Shown: positions 11,815 through 22,504 of the stretch, in pieces | Position numbering within the stretch: position 1 is the stretch's first letter | Layout: every line of letters begins with the position of its first letter | Assembly: GCA_030425645.1 (NCBI GenBank) | Contig: JAUHZK010000002.1 | Location: 192,487-256,486 of the forward strand | Reading direction: 5' to 3' | Length of the DNA: 64,000 nt | Source of the DNA: Gammaproteobacteria bacterium | GTDB taxonomy: Bacteria; Pseudomonadota; Gammaproteobacteria; JAPPPA01 | Program-made: the position numbers and the translations under genes | Notes under the pieces: model-generated | Databases searched by the model: none | The model's input: the letters and a program-made list of their open reading frames with translations, nothing else | What the model was told of the DNA's origin: nothing

Positions 11815-12759
11815 CTATTTAATGAAGTCCGCCGACTCAGAGAAGGCTGCTTGATAACGGTTGCGGAACTCGTCCAAGCTAAAGTGGTGATTCTGGGTAC
11901 CGGCCGACTCAATCTTAATAGCGCCCATTAGTGATGCCACCCGACCGGTTTGCTGCCAGCTCCAACCCGCTTGCAGGCCTTTTAGCAAACCAGCACGGAA
12001 GCTATCACCGCAACCAGTAGGATCTTTAATATCAGTCACTGGCGCTGCCGGGATTTCCAATGTTTCACCATTGGCGTAAATGCTTGAGCCCTCACCGCCT
12101 TTGGTCACAATCAAAGCCTCAACCTGCTGTGCAATCTCTTCTGCCGACCAGCCAGTGCGCTCACTCAATAGACTAAATTCATAGTCATTAACAGTGACAT
12201 AAGTAGCTTGCTCCACAAAGCGCTTAAGGTCATCGCCGTCAAACATCGGCAAGCCTTGGCCTGGATCAAAAATAAACGGGATGCCAGCGGCTGCAAACTG
12301 GCTGGCATGGTCAATCATGGCGTCGCGGCCATCTGGCGAAACAATGCCCAACGAAATGCTACCGTCTGTAGGAACCGCTTGGCTATGGGCTTCTTGCATA
12401 GCACCCGGGTGAAACGCGGTAATTTGGTTGTCATCTAGATCCGTGGTGATATAGGCCTGCGCGGTGTAGTGCCCGTCTACCGTTTTCACATAACGAGCAT
12501 CAACGCCGGTTTTGACCATCCACTCGGCGTAGCTATCAAAATCTGTACCCACGGTACCCATTGGTAAACCGTCGCCACCCAGCAACTTAAAGTTATAAGC
12601 GATATTGCCAGCGCAACCGCCAAATTCACGCCGCATAGTGGGCACAAAAAAAGCCACGTTTAGCATGTGAATTTTGTCCGGCAGGATGTGGTTCTTAAAG
12701 CGGTCTTCAAAAACCATAATGCTGTCGTAAGCGAAGGATCCGCAGATTAGCGCAGTCAT
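11815..12759 (-). CDS. PfkB-family carbohydrate/nucleoside kinase (adenosine-kinase-like)
   Basis: 314 aa. N-terminal GG motif region (FGGCAGNIAYNF) and C-terminal DPTGCGDSFRAG anion-hole motif typical of the ribokinase/PfkB family. Confidence 0.75.
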   Translation of the reverse strand: MTALICGSFAYDSIMVFEDRFKNHILPDKIHMLNVAFFVPTMRREFGGCAGNIAYNFKLLGGDGLPMGTVGTDFDSYAEWMVKTGVDARYVKTVDGHYTAQAYITTDLDDNQITAFHPGAMQEAHSQAVPTDGSISLGIVSPDGRDAMIDHASQFAAAGIPFIFDPGQGLPMFDGDDLKRFVEQATYVTVNDYEFSLLSERTGWSAEEIAQQVEALIVTKGGEGSSIYANGETLEIPAAPVTDIKDPTGCGDSFRAGLLKGLQAGWSWQQTGRVASLMGAIKIESAGTQNHHFSLDEFRNRYQAAFSESADFIK

Positions 12760-12780
12760 GTTGTCTCCAGATTAACAACC

Positions 12781-12862
12781 GAGGGGACAGACCCCTCCAG
12801 TCAATTTTTCGCGCACCGTTTTAATGCGCCATATTTTTCGAAGCGGGGTCTGTCCCCTTCAC
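12781..12862. terminator. Inverted repeat (14-15 bp arms, gaggggacagacccc / ggggtctgtcccc) with a long loop, between convergent ends. Probable terminator or REP-like hairpin downstream of gcvPB.
   Basis: Seen directly. The arms are perfect complements about 48 nt apart, with a small internal hairpin gcgca..tgcgc. Confidence 0.45.
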
Positions 12863-12869
12863 TTTCTGA

Positions 12870-14336
12870 TTAGTTCGACCAAACAACGTCTAGTTCACGC
12901 GCGGCTTTAACATCATCTAAACGTCTAACCGGCTGGGTATACGGTGCACCCTTAGCCTGTTCGATGTCGGCTTCCGCTTCACGCAAGATTTCCACCATCG
13001 CTTCAACAAACGCGTCCAAATCTTCCTTGGCTTCAGTCTCCGTTGGCTCAATCAACAAGCACTCCGGCACTAATAGCGGGAAGTAGATCGTTGGCGCGTG
13101 GAAGCCTTTATCCAATAAGCGCTTGGCAATATCGGTTGCCGTTAAGCCAATATCTTTGGCTTGACGCTTTAAGGTCACGATAAATTCATGACTAGCACGA
13201 CGTCCCGGGTAGGCAAGGTCAAAGCCTTCGGCCGACAAGCGCGCTTGCAGGTAATTGGCGTTCAAAGCCGCAAATTCAGCTACGCGATGCATGCCTTCGC
13301 GGCCCAACAAGCGCGCGTAAATATAGGCACGCAAGTTAACGCCAGCGTTACCTGCCCAGCCAGATAGACGGCCAATGCTATCCGGGCATTCAGCCTCGGT
13401 AACATAACGATAGCTGTCGCCTTCTTGCTTCACGTGGGGAATCGGCATAAACGGTAGTAAACGCTCACTCACACCTACAGCACCAGAACCTGGGCCACCG
13501 CCACCATGTGGTGTCGAGAAGGTCTTATGCAGGTTCATATGAATCACATCAAAGCCCATATCACCCGGGCGAACCTTACCCAAAATGGCGTTTAAGTTAG
13601 CGCCATCGTAGTAAAGCATGCCGCCAGCTTCGTGAACGATTTTTGAAATCTCTTCAATCTTGCGCTCAAACACGCCTACTGTAGACGGGTTGGTGAGCAT
13701 GATGCCGGCTGTTTTAGGGCCTACAACAGCTTTCAGCGCCTCGATATCAACATCGCCTTCTGGATTCGTTGGAATCTCTTTCACCACACAGCCACACATG
13801 ACCGCGGTAGCAGGGTTGGTGCCGTGGGCGGCGTCCGGCACGATAATTTCATTACGCTCCATATCACCGCGCTTACGGTGATAAGCCATGATCATAGCGA
13901 CGCCGGCAAATTCGCCCTGCGCGCCCGCCATTGGCGTTAGCGAAACGCCCTTCATGCCGGTCACGTCCTGCAAAATTTCTTGCAGGTCATGCATGCAAGC
14001 CAAAAATCCTTGGCTATGACTGGCCGGAGCCAAAGGATGGCGTCCAAGAAAGTTCGGCAACATTGCCAAGGTATTACAAGCGCGAGGGTTGTATTTCATG
14101 GTGCAGCTACCGAGCGGGTAAAACTGCGTATCAATTGAGAAGTTCTTTTGCGACAGACGCGTGTAGTGACGCACCACTTGCAGCTCTGAAGTTTCAGGCA
14201 ACATCGGCTTATCTTCACGCAGCAAGGCCTGTGGCAGATCACTAAAATCAGCAGGCGCTACTGGCGATTGCACGGTGGCACGACGGCCAGCGACGGAATG
14301 CTCGAAAATCACCTTTTCCATTTTCACAGAATCCAT
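12870..14336 (-). CDS. gcvPB: Glycine dehydrogenase (decarboxylating) subunit 2 (P-protein C-terminal half)
   Basis: 488 aa, PLP-dependent, with motifs [16 protein letters not shown]. Follows gcvPA with an ATGA overlap. Confidence 0.93.
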   Translation of the reverse strand: MDSVKMEKVIFEHSVAGRRATVQSPVAPADFSDLPQALLREDKPMLPETSELQVVRHYTRLSQKNFSIDTQFYPLGSCTMKYNPRACNTLAMLPNFLGRHPLAPASHSQGFLACMHDLQEILQDVTGMKGVSLTPMAGAQGEFAGVAMIMAYHRKRGDMERNEIIVPDAAHGTNPATAVMCGCVVKEIPTNPEGDVDIEALKAVVGPKTAGIMLTNPSTVGVFERKIEEISKIVHEAGGMLYYDGANLNAILGKVRPGDMGFDVIHMNLHKTFSTPHGGGGPGSGAVGVSERLLPFMPIPHVKQEGDSYRYVTEAECPDSIGRLSGWAGNAGVNLRAYIYARLLGREGMHRVAEFAALNANYLQARLSAEGFDLAYPGRRASHEFIVTLKRQAKDIGLTATDIAKRLLDKGFHAPTIYFPLLVPECLLIEPTETEAKEDLDAFVEAMVEILREAEADIEQAKGAPYTQPVRRLDDVKAARELDVVWSN

Positions 14337-15706
14337 TACAGCGCCTCCCCATTCAATACTTCATCTAAGGCCGCAGCATAAGCAGCAATATCAGCGTCAT
14401 TCTTAGTCTCGGTGGTGCATACCAGCAACGCGTTTTCATACTGTGGGTAGTCGTCTGAGACAGCGACTCCGGCCAAGAAACCAAGATTCGCCATTTGCTC
14501 AATCACAACTGCTGCCGGTTTAGACAGCGTAATCAGCGCCTCATGGAAGTGAGGACCGGCGTGAGCCAATGAAACACCGTCAACTGCGTCCAGCGCCGTT
14601 AACAGCTTATTGATATTGCTATGTGATGCACCCGCCACACGGGCCAAGCCTTCCGGACCCAGCAACGACATATAAATCGTAGAAGCGGTGACGCACAAAC
14701 CTTGGTTAGTACAAATATTCGAAGTCGCCTTAGAGCGACGGATATGTTGCTCACGCGCTTGCAGCGTTAGTGCAAAACCAGGGTTGCCGTCTAAATCAAC
14801 GGTACGACCAACAATACGACCCGGCATTTGTCGCGCCAGCGGCTGCTTGCAGCACATAAAGCCGTAATAAGGCCCACCAGAGCTCATCGGTACGCCTAAC
14901 GGCTGACCTTCACCACAGGCGATATCTGCGCCCTTCTCGCCCCACTGGCCCGGCGCTTTCAAAGCAGCCAAACTCATTGGGTTCACTACTGCCACGACTA
15001 ACATGCCATTAGCGTGTGCCCAGTTGGTCATTTCATCAACCGCTTCTAAGCTACCGAAGAAGTTAGGTTGCTGAATCACCAAGGCGGCATAATCTTCACC
15101 AGCGTGCGCTTCCAAAGCTGCAGTAACGGTAGTGCCGCTAGCGTTATCAAACGGCACTTCGTCCCAACTGATATTTTGGTTATGCACAATCGCATTGGTC
15201 ACTTTGCAATAAGTCGGGTTTACCGTACCGGCAACCAACAACTTGCGTGACTTACTCTTACGGTTACCACGTACCGCCATCAACACGGCTTCTGCCATGG
15301 CCGAGGCACCGTCGTATAAGGACGCGTTAGAAATATCCATACCAGTGAGGCTAGCCATCATGCTCTGGTATTCATAAATCAACTGCAACGTACCTTGGCT
15401 GGCTTCTGCCTGATACGGTGTGTAAGCACTGTAGTACTCACCACGCGTGGTGATTTCCCATACCGCCGCCGGAATATGATGGTCATACGCACCAGCGCCA
15501 GCGAAGCAACGCAGCGCTTGGTCATCTGCCGCACGCTCATGCAGCAAACGCGTGACTTCATATTCGGTTAGGCCTTCTGGCACGCCTTCTAACTTGCCGC
15601 AACGCAGGTTGTCAGGGATTTCATCAAAAACCGCCTCGATGCTATCAACACCAATGGTGTCTAGCATCGAACGAATTTCACTATCGGTATGGGGGATAAA
15701 TGGCAT
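14336..15706 (-). CDS. gcvPA: Glycine dehydrogenase (decarboxylating) subunit 1 (P-protein N-terminal half)
   Basis: 456 aa. [19 protein letters not shown] is the typical GcvPA start. Part of a split P-protein gene pair. Confidence 0.93.
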   Translation of the reverse strand: MPFIPHTDSEIRSMLDTIGVDSIEAVFDEIPDNLRCGKLEGVPEGLTEYEVTRLLHERAADDQALRCFAGAGAYDHHIPAAVWEITTRGEYYSAYTPYQAEASQGTLQLIYEYQSMMASLTGMDISNASLYDGASAMAEAVLMAVRGNRKSKSRKLLVAGTVNPTYCKVTNAIVHNQNISWDEVPFDNASGTTVTAALEAHAGEDYAALVIQQPNFFGSLEAVDEMTNWAHANGMLVVAVVNPMSLAALKAPGQWGEKGADIACGEGQPLGVPMSSGGPYYGFMCCKQPLARQMPGRIVGRTVDLDGNPGFALTLQAREQHIRRSKATSNICTNQGLCVTASTIYMSLLGPEGLARVAGASHSNINKLLTALDAVDGVSLAHAGPHFHEALITLSKPAAVVIEQMANLGFLAGVAVSDDYPQYENALLVCTTETKNDADIAAYAAALDEVLNGEAL

Positions 15707-15821
15707 GGCTAATCCAGCTATTCAAAAAACCACTGTTAATGCGAACAAACGAAGGCGACAACCGGCGCCACAAACCGTGGCACCAATGCGCTCCTCGCAT
15801 TAACGAGAAATAGAAAAGAAA

Positions 15822-16211
15822 CTAGTCTTCTAAAGACGCTTCGTAGCCAGCAGCATCTAGCAAGGCATCAGTTTCAGAAGCATCGTCGGCCTTAACAATG
15901 GCAATCCAGCCATCTTCATATGGCGAGTCATTAACGGTTTCAGGCGCATCCGCCAAGGCTTCATTCGCCTCTACTACCTCACCACTAATCGGTGCGTATA
16001 CATCAGAGGCAGCTTTTACTGATTCAACCACGGCAAAATCATCACCGGCGCTAAAGTGGTCACCCACTTCTGGCGTTTCTACAAATACCAAATCACCCAA
16101 GGCTTCTTGAGCGTGGTCGGTAATACCAACAGTAAAGGTACCGTCGCCGTTGTCTTTTACCCACTCGTGGGACTTCGCGTATTTCAGTTCTGCTGGAATG
16201 TTGCTCATCAC
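15822..16211 (-). CDS. gcvH: Glycine cleavage system H protein
   Basis: 129 aa with lipoyl-lysine motif ESVKAASD. N-terminus [17 protein letters not shown]. Confidence 0.95.
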   Translation of the reverse strand: MMSNIPAELKYAKSHEWVKDNGDGTFTVGITDHAQEALGDLVFVETPEVGDHFSAGDDFAVVESVKAASDVYAPISGEVVEANEALADAPETVNDSPYEDGWIAIVKADDASETDALLDAAGYEASLED

Positions 16212-16234
16212 AAACTCCTAAAGGAAAAAATAAA

Positions 16235-17329
16235 TTAAATAAGAGGCTTGCCGTTACGTACAAACGGGTATTTCACCACGCGCGCAGGCACTTGTTTGTT
16301 TCGAATTTGCACATTGACTTGCTCACCAGTGCTACTGGCAACTCGAGCCAAGGCGATAGATTGTTCCAATGAAGGCGACCAAGTACCTGAGGTCACTTCG
16401 CCAACTTCTTGATCATCTACAATAATCTTCTGATGACCACGTAATACGCCGCGGCCTTCTAATACCAAGCCGACCATTTTGCGAGGTACGCCAGCGTCTT
16501 TCTGTGCTTGCAGTGCGGCGCGGCCATTAAAGTCTCGGTCGTCCTGCATCGCCACTGTCCAAGCAAGGCCTGACTCCAAAGGCGAGGTAGTTTCATCCAT
16601 ATCTGAACCGTATAGATTCATACCGGCTTCTAAACGCAGCGTGTCTCGTGCGCCCAAACCACAGGGACGAACACCGGCTTCGACCAGTTGGTTCCAAAAA
16701 CCTTCGGCATCAGCCGCCGGCAGAATAATTTCGTAACCGTCTTCGCCGGTGTAACCGGTACGACCAATAAACAGCTCGCCTTCACTGGCGGCACTAAATG
16801 GTTTTAGCTCCGCCGCCTCGGCCGCTAATGCGCCAGACACTAGGCCATGTACTTTTCCACGCGCCTCAGGGCCCTGGACCGCAATCATGCCTAATTCCGG
16901 ACGTTCAGTAACGCTAAGATCACGGCCTTCAGCTTGCGCGGTGATCCATGCCATATCTTTCTCGCGGGTAGCGGCATTCACTACCAAACGGAACCAATCT
17001 TCTGACATGAAATAAATAATAAGATCGTCAATAACGCCACCCTGCTCATCCAGCATGCAGGTATACAGCGCTTTACCCGCGGCTTTTAGCTTACTGACGT
17101 CATTTGCCACCAGCTGTTGTAGAAACGCACGCACATCGGCGCCGCGCAAATCAACAACGGTCATATGTGAGACATCAAACATGCCACTAGCTTGGCGAAC
17201 AGCGTGATGCTCTTCCACCTGCGAACCATAGTGCACCGGCATTTCCCAGCCAGCAAAATCAACCAACTTGCCGCCGGCGGCGACATGGGCGTTATAAAGA
17301 GGCGTACGAGCTGGAGCTGACATAAACAA
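16235..17329 (-). CDS. gcvT: Glycine cleavage system T protein (aminomethyltransferase)
   Basis: 364 aa. [37 protein letters not shown] matches GcvT. Confidence 0.95.
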   Translation of the reverse strand: MFMSAPARTPLYNAHVAAGGKLVDFAGWEMPVHYGSQVEEHHAVRQASGMFDVSHMTVVDLRGADVRAFLQQLVANDVSKLKAAGKALYTCMLDEQGGVIDDLIIYFMSEDWFRLVVNAATREKDMAWITAQAEGRDLSVTERPELGMIAVQGPEARGKVHGLVSGALAAEAAELKPFSAASEGELFIGRTGYTGEDGYEIILPAADAEGFWNQLVEAGVRPCGLGARDTLRLEAGMNLYGSDMDETTSPLESGLAWTVAMQDDRDFNGRAALQAQKDAGVPRKMVGLVLEGRGVLRGHQKIIVDDQEVGEVTSGTWSPSLEQSIALARVASSTGEQVNVQIRNKQVPARVVKYPFVRNGKPLI

Positions 17330-17344
17330 TCCCTGAGTTTCAGA

Positions 17345-17645
17345 TACAAAAAAGGGGCGACAAAGTGTATCTCAGGCAGCTAGCTTTCCTAGCCCCATTT
17401 GAGAATAAACTTTGTCGCCCCTCTGTCCGTGTACCTGAGAGATTGGGACTTAGCTGGCAACGCTAATGATGCCGCAAAGCCCTTTCCCCTTCGGTGGGTA
17501 TTACTGAGCAATACCACTCTCCAGAGTCGATTAGCCCAATGGCCTAATGTGGCGGTCCTGATACCTGAGCGATTCCGAGCGAGTTGCGCCTTCGGCGTTT
17601 GTGAAACAGACGTTTCCCAAACTCTCCCACCAAATTACCGACTAG
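17345..17645 (-). ncRNA. Tandem glycine riboswitch (two aptamers) with an intrinsic-terminator expression platform in the gcvT leader
   Basis: Minus-strand reading: aptamer 1 (about 17638-17558) contains GGGAGAG...CGCCGAAGGCGCAA...CUCAGG. Aptamer 2 (about 17535-17415) contains CUCUGGAGAGUGG...CACCGAAGGGGAAAGGG...CUCUCAGG. This is followed by the hairpin GGGGCGACAAAG...CUUUGUCGCCCC plus a U6 run (17418-17347), ending 16 nt upstream of the gcvT ATG. Confidence 0.85.
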
Positions 17646-17947
17646 CTGCTTTGCTGATCACAGACCAAACTGCAGGCATAGCCAAAATCGTGCAGCGATT
17701 CTAACAGTTTCCTAGTATTTGTCACCGTATTTCCACCGCCTTGGTCTTAACAAGCGAGCAGACAAATGTACACAACAAAAACGCCACCAATATCTTGACT
17801 TGACATTAGTCTTAGTGAACACTTGTTTCGTAGTTGTAGATAGATTCGTTAATTTTTTGAACTGCTGCTTGAAACAGTGTTTTGAAATGGTTTTATGAGT
17901 CGTTACGACGATATGATTAGGGAAATCATGTAGGGGTATATAGAAGC

Positions 17948-18574
17948 ATGAGACGTCACGTCATTAAAGACACTCAAACCGCGATCCTTGATCGCTGTTT
18001 AAAGCTGTTTGCAGATAAGGGTTATGCAGGCACATCGATGCGCGACATTGCGCGAGAAATGGACTTATCAGTCGCTGCGGTCTACCACCACTTCCCTAGT
18101 AAGAAAGATTTATATGCTGCCGTTGCGCAACATGCCTTCCGCGATAAAAAGCCCGCTTTGCTTGCCGCCATTAGCGGCCACGGCCCAGCCACAGAGCGCC
18201 TACGTTCATTAATGCGCCAATACGCGGAGCTGGTATCAGAAGACCCCGTATTCCATCGATTCTTCCAGCGTGAACTGCTAGACGCAGACCAGCAACGCTT
18301 GGAATTGTTAGCGAAAAACTTCTTCTACGAAGCCTATACCGAAATCCAAGATCTCATTCGCGAAGCTGCGCCTAGCTTTGATCCGTACATGTTCCTGACA
18401 TCAATGTTTGCGATGGTCATGTATCACTATCAGTTAGGCGACATGCACAACTATCTACCAGGCGTACCGACTCGCGTATCTGACCCGTCATATGTGACTG
18501 ACCATGTAATGCGCATGCTTTCAGAAGGCGTAGGGCAACCACAGGAAGCGGCTAACGTAGTCTCGTTCCGCTAG
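17948..18574 (+). CDS. TetR/AcrR-family transcriptional regulator
   Basis: N-terminal HTH (GYAGTSMRDIAREMDLSVAAVYHHFPSKKDLY), 208 aa. Divergent from the gcv operon. Confidence 0.85.
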   Translation: MRRHVIKDTQTAILDRCLKLFADKGYAGTSMRDIAREMDLSVAAVYHHFPSKKDLYAAVAQHAFRDKKPALLAAISGHGPATERLRSLMRQYAELVSEDPVFHRFFQRELLDADQQRLELLAKNFFYEAYTEIQDLIREAAPSFDPYMFLTSMFAMVMYHYQLGDMHNYLPGVPTRVSDPSYVTDHVMRMLSEGVGQPQEAANVVSFR

Positions 18575-18605
18575 ACGAAATAAAATAACATTGAGCTTAC
18601 TGAAC

Positions 18606-18637
18606 CTGCCTGGGCAACCATGGCAGGTTTTTTTATA
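18606..18637. terminator. Rho-independent terminator (bidirectional position between convergent genes)
   Basis: cctgcctgggcaaccatggcaggttttttt: a GC-rich stem followed by a T-run. Confidence 0.8.
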
Positions 18638-18666
18638 GCCTAGACGTTGCTATCGCCTAGATTGGG

Positions 18667-19941
18667 CTAGTCAGCACTAATCGCCAAGCGAGCCAACTCT
18701 TGACGCAGCAAAGGTACCGCCCCAACTGCAGCCATCCCCGCGCTCACCAATGCCCGCAAGCCTCGGCCCTTAGCAAAACCGACAAAGCCGCTAACTTCTG
18801 CTTTAGATGAACCATGCTCGCCGTAAAGTCGATACAACCGGTAAAGACCATCGGTCAGCATCATCATTTCTGCTGTTTTCGCTCGACGTTTACGCTGCCA
18901 AGCTTGCAGATGAGCGGCTTCCGCGCCCTTTTCAAACGCAGTAATTAGCCCCTTCACATCCATCAGGCCCAAATTAAGACCCTGCCCCGCCAAAGGGTGA
19001 ATGCTATGCGCGGAGTCGCCGACTAGAAAACAACGCCCGGCAAGATATTTCTCAGCCTGCGCTAGGCGCAAAGGAAACCCAAAGCGTTTACCTACCGCCA
19101 CCGCACTATCGCCGACGGCCTCGCCAACAGCGGCATTAAAGGCCGCGAGAAAGTCGGCATCATTCAAGTTTGATAGCCGCTCATATTCCTGTTGCTCAAG
19201 CGACCAGACGACACTGCTATCACCGCTTGCCAATGGCAGCAACGCCAACGGCCCGCTCGGTAGAAAACGCTGCCAAGCAGTACGATCAACAGCCAGGGCC
19301 TTCGACGCTGCAGATTCAGCACCTGAGCGGTTGGCAGTAACACCACCCCAACTCACTGAGCAGACAATAGCGTTCTGCTGGTAACTCCAACCCTGCGAAC
19401 GAATTCCCAGCGCTTGCCGCAAACCCGACTGCGCACCTTCCGCGACAACCAGCCACTCAGCCTGCAAACGCTCGCCGGACGTTAATGTCAGGCTGACTAA
19501 GTCTTCAGTCTGAAAAATTTCCTGATATTCAGAGCGCCATAAGGTGCTAACGCCAAGTGACTGCGCGCGTTGCTGCAACGAATATTGCAGCAAATCATTT
19601 TCGGCGATTGCTCCAAGCGTCGGCTTGGCAAGCTCAGTGGCGGAAAACTGAACACTGTCAAAACTGCCGTCAGTCCAGATATACATATCTTGATACTGTC
19701 GTATTCGGCTTGCGTCACCGGGCCAAGCACCCAGCTGCTCCAACAGCACCATACTTGCCGGAGACAGCGCCGAAACCCGCGGCCGAAGCTCACCATTTAT
19801 TGGAGCGGGCTCCGCAGCACAATCAAGCAACGTTACCGAATAGCCCAGACCTTGCAGACCGCAGGCCGCCGAGAGCCCTACGACTCCCCCGCCGACCACA
19901 ATCACACGTTTTCGGAAAGCGTTTGTCTTAGCGTTTGTCAT
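18667..19941 (-). CDS. FAD-dependent ubiquinone-biosynthesis hydroxylase, UbiH/UbiF/VisC(UbiI)/COQ6 family (second gene of the pair, UbiI-like)
   Basis: The start is chosen at MTNAKTNAFRKRVIVVGGGVVGLSAACGL (Rossmann GxGxxG), 15 nt after the upstream gene's stop. A DxxxxxGDSAH-type motif (LVGDSAHSIHPLAGQG) is present. The ORF-track start at 20049 would overlap the upstream gene by about 90 nt. Confidence 0.8.
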   Translation of the reverse strand: MTNAKTNAFRKRVIVVGGGVVGLSAACGLQGLGYSVTLLDCAAEPAPINGELRPRVSALSPASMVLLEQLGAWPGDASRIRQYQDMYIWTDGSFDSVQFSATELAKPTLGAIAENDLLQYSLQQRAQSLGVSTLWRSEYQEIFQTEDLVSLTLTSGERLQAEWLVVAEGAQSGLRQALGIRSQGWSYQQNAIVCSVSWGGVTANRSGAESAASKALAVDRTAWQRFLPSGPLALLPLASGDSSVVWSLEQQEYERLSNLNDADFLAAFNAAVGEAVGDSAVAVGKRFGFPLRLAQAEKYLAGRCFLVGDSAHSIHPLAGQGLNLGLMDVKGLITAFEKGAEAAHLQAWQRKRRAKTAEMMMLTDGLYRLYRLYGEHGSSKAEVSGFVGFAKGRGLRALVSAGMAAVGAVPLLRQELARLAISAD

Positions 19942-19958
19942 CGCGAACCTTATATTCT

Positions 19959-21191
19959 TTACAGTTCTACCAACGGCCGACACAACGCCGGCAATTCGGC
20001 ATGAAAACCACTGGCACGACGAGCCAACATATTGCGCGCCCCTTGCCACTGCCCAAAGGCAGCCAAACCCAGACCAAACCCACTGCTGAGCGCTGACCCG
20101 GTTGGTAATGCTGTTGCCGTCGCCAGCTGTGTCGTCAATGCCAGCATTTGCTGCCGATCCAGTCTGCGCGACTGCGCGTAACGCCGTAGCACATCAGCGG
20201 CGCCACAGTCTCGCTGTCCGCCGAGCTGCTCAATTAAACTCGCGGCGTCTCGCAGCCCCAAGTTAAAACCTTGGCCAGCAACGGGATGCAACGCTTGGGC
20301 GGCGTTACCCAAGATCACCGCACGCGGCGCGACAACCTGGTCGGCGGCAACAATATCCAATGGAAAAGCGAGACGTTGGCTATGTTCTAACACCCCGCCT
20401 AACGGCGCGCCACAAGCGTGTTGCAACAGCTCAGCAAACACCGTTGAATCGGCATTTATCCGCTCAGCAGTTTGCTCGGCACTACCGCACCAAACTAAGT
20501 TGTATAACTGTTTCCCTAGGGGCAGCAACGCCAAAGGCCCATTAGCTGTAAACCGCTCAAAGGCACGCCCTTGACCATCTTTCTCAAACCGCAGATTGCA
20601 AACAATGGCAGATTGCCCGCTGGCAATGGTTTGCGACGCCACACCCATTTGTTCACGCAAAAGAGAACGACCGCCATCCGCCACCACTAGCAACTGCGCC
20701 GACAACTCAGTGCCGTCATCTAAATTCACAAGCATACGGCTATCGGCTTCACTCGCAGACAATACCCGACGCCCCCAATAACCGGTCGGTGCTATATCAG
20801 CCGACAACTGCGCCCAAGCGCTGTTTAGCGCTGCGGCCAACGACACGTTCGGCACAACATAGCCGAACGCGTCTAACTCAATATCCGTGGCGCGCAGGCG
20901 TGTTTTTCCCCAACGCCCTTGTTTTGACACATCGATAGCACGAATCGCAGCTGCCTGCGGTGCCAGTGTCGACCACAAATCAAACTGCCGAAAAAGGTTA
21001 ATGCTGCTCATCGCACATGCTGTCGCACGCCGATCAAAACTGTCTGAGGATTGCCCCTCGGCAGCGTCAGCGATCGACACCGGATCAATACAGGCAACCT
21101 TGGTACCGCACTGAGCGAGCCCATAGGCCAATACGGCGCCAACCATGCCGCCGCCGGCGATCACTACATCATAGGAGGCCGCGTGCGCCAT
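19959..21191 (-). CDS. FAD-dependent ubiquinone-biosynthesis hydroxylase, UbiH/UbiF/VisC family (first gene of the pair, UbiH-like)
   Basis: SYDVVIAGGGMVGAVLAYGL Rossmann motif. ILGNAAQALHPVAGQGFNLGLRD family motif. Confidence 0.8.
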   Translation of the reverse strand: MAHAASYDVVIAGGGMVGAVLAYGLAQCGTKVACIDPVSIADAAEGQSSDSFDRRATACAMSSINLFRQFDLWSTLAPQAAAIRAIDVSKQGRWGKTRLRATDIELDAFGYVVPNVSLAAALNSAWAQLSADIAPTGYWGRRVLSASEADSRMLVNLDDGTELSAQLLVVADGGRSLLREQMGVASQTIASGQSAIVCNLRFEKDGQGRAFERFTANGPLALLPLGKQLYNLVWCGSAEQTAERINADSTVFAELLQHACGAPLGGVLEHSQRLAFPLDIVAADQVVAPRAVILGNAAQALHPVAGQGFNLGLRDAASLIEQLGGQRDCGAADVLRRYAQSRRLDRQQMLALTTQLATATALPTGSALSSGFGLGLAAFGQWQGARNMLARRASGFHAELPALCRPLVEL

Positions 21192-21194
21192 AAA

Positions 21195-21821
21195 CTATTG
21201 CAACTGATCCGATGCTGGCGCCATAGGAGGCGCACCATCACTCGCCGAATCTTTTGACTCGTCGCGGCCTAACTCCAAGGCACAGGTAAATGCCGCTGTG
21301 CGTACGTACTCCAGCAACTCCACAAAATCGCTCTCCGCGTCGTTGCCCGAAACCTCCTCAGCATCAACCCGAGAAATCTCTGCGAGATCCGCCAGCATTT
21401 CATGGATATTGCCGGGCAAGTCATTATCGCGCACAGAACCACCATCAGTACCCAAAGCAATGCCGCAGCCATGGATAAACCCAGCACACCACCCCGCAAG
21501 CCCGCCGAGCTGAATACCTAAGCTGGCTTCTTCACTAGGCAATAACGGCACCCACTCCATCTCATCAAGGGCATGTAGTTCTTGCGCATGCTCTGCCAAG
21601 CCGGCCACCAACTTAACCAGAAAGCCCTGCTGCAAAGCATCCAGCTGACGCTGCTCACCATCGGCCAGATAATCCATCAATGACTGCATCAGTTTTCTGA
21701 CAGGGACGCCCGGGCCTTTCACCAACAGACCAGCTACTAGTCCATCCAACTCAGCCAACTGAACATCTTTGTTCAACTGTGAGACTAATTCTTGAAGTTC
21801 TTTGTAATCGGGTAATGACAC
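21195..21821 (-). CDS. ygfB: UPF0149/YgfB-family protein
   Basis: 208 aa. Conserved position upstream of ubiH and divergent from zapA, as in the E. coli/Pseudomonas ygfB-pepP-ubiH cluster. Confidence 0.7.
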   Translation of the reverse strand: MSLPDYKELQELVSQLNKDVQLAELDGLVAGLLVKGPGVPVRKLMQSLMDYLADGEQRQLDALQQGFLVKLVAGLAEHAQELHALDEMEWVPLLPSEEASLGIQLGGLAGWCAGFIHGCGIALGTDGGSVRDNDLPGNIHEMLADLAEISRVDAEEVSGNDAESDFVELLEYVRTAAFTCALELGRDESKDSASDGAPPMAPASDQLQ

Positions 21822-21899
21822 AGGTTTCGCCTTGGGTATACTCTGGCGGCATCATACCGAAAACCACCCGCAGACTGCGCTGAAAACACAAACACAATC

Positions 21900-22130
21900 A
21901 TGAACAGCCACGCACCACTATTTGAAGAAACCGGCGACGACAGCGCCGATCAACTGGTTATAAAACTGAACCAAGCTTGCGAGCTGCTAATGGCACAAAA
22001 CAGCAAGCTTCAAGAAACCGTCGCCAAGTTAGATGCCGAACTAAATCAGCGCAGCCAAACCGAAGCGGCCACCAAACAACGAATTGAAAGCTTAATCCAA
22101 CGCCTAAAACTGTTGGAACAAGAGGCTTAA
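21900..22130 (+). CDS. Small coiled-coil protein (TIGR02449/ZapB-like) upstream of zapA
   Basis: 76 aa, heptad-repeat rich (LQETVAKLDAELNQRSQTEAATKQRIESLIQRLKLLEQE). Conserved position preceding zapA in pseudomonads. Confidence 0.6.
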   Translation: MNSHAPLFEETGDDSADQLVIKLNQACELLMAQNSKLQETVAKLDAELNQRSQTEAATKQRIESLIQRLKLLEQEA

Positions 22131-22137
22131 TCTCACC

Positions 22138-22458
22138 ATGAGTAAAAAGAACGACGAACGCGTCAGCGTTACCGTGCAGGTAATGGACAAACCTTTCACC
22201 CTAAGCTGCAGTGTTGACGAACGCCCCGCATTACTTGATTCAGCTAATTTGCTTAATGAAGAGATGCGCAAACTAAAACCAGCTACCGGCAACCCGGATT
22301 ACGAAAAAATAGCTGTTGTCAGCGCCCTGAACTTGGCAGACGAACTGCTCAAACTGAGAGTTAGCGCCCAAGAACCGCCACGCTCTGCATTAAGTGCGGA
22401 GGTGGTGTCACAAGCCCAAGTAACGCTTAAAGCGGTTGCTGAGCAGCAGCGCAAATAG
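22138..22458 (+). CDS. zapA: Cell division protein ZapA
   Basis: 106 aa. VSVTVQVMDKPFTLSCSVDERPALLDSANLLNEEM is typical of ZapA. Confidence 0.9.
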   Translation: MSKKNDERVSVTVQVMDKPFTLSCSVDERPALLDSANLLNEEMRKLKPATGNPDYEKIAVVSALNLADELLKLRVSAQEPPRSALSAEVVSQAQVTLKAVAEQQRK

Positions 22459-22493
22459 CCACAAATGCTGACTAACGCCAACTAGGCCAATGG

Positions 22494-22499
22494 TATACT
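22494..22499 (+). promoter_or_regulatory. Candidate -10 element (TATACT) for the 6S RNA gene
   Basis: tggTATACTggcggc lies about 6-8 nt upstream of the predicted 6S RNA 5' end. No clear -35 was identified. Confidence 0.3.
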
Positions 22500-22504
22500 G
22501 GCGG

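Noticed and set aside
12760-12869. Possible riboswitch or leader in the PfkB-gcvPB intergenic region
   Set aside because: It lies downstream of both flanking genes (tail-to-head on the same strand, with the next gene's own promoter needed). The structure is a simple long inverted repeat without conserved riboswitch cores, so it is called a terminator or REP-like hairpin.
19942-20049. Longer start for the second UbiH-family gene (ORF track start 20049)
   Set aside because: It would overlap the upstream hydroxylase gene by about 90 nt. The Rossmann GxGxxG motif begins right after the internal Met at 19941, which sits 15 nt past the upstream stop.
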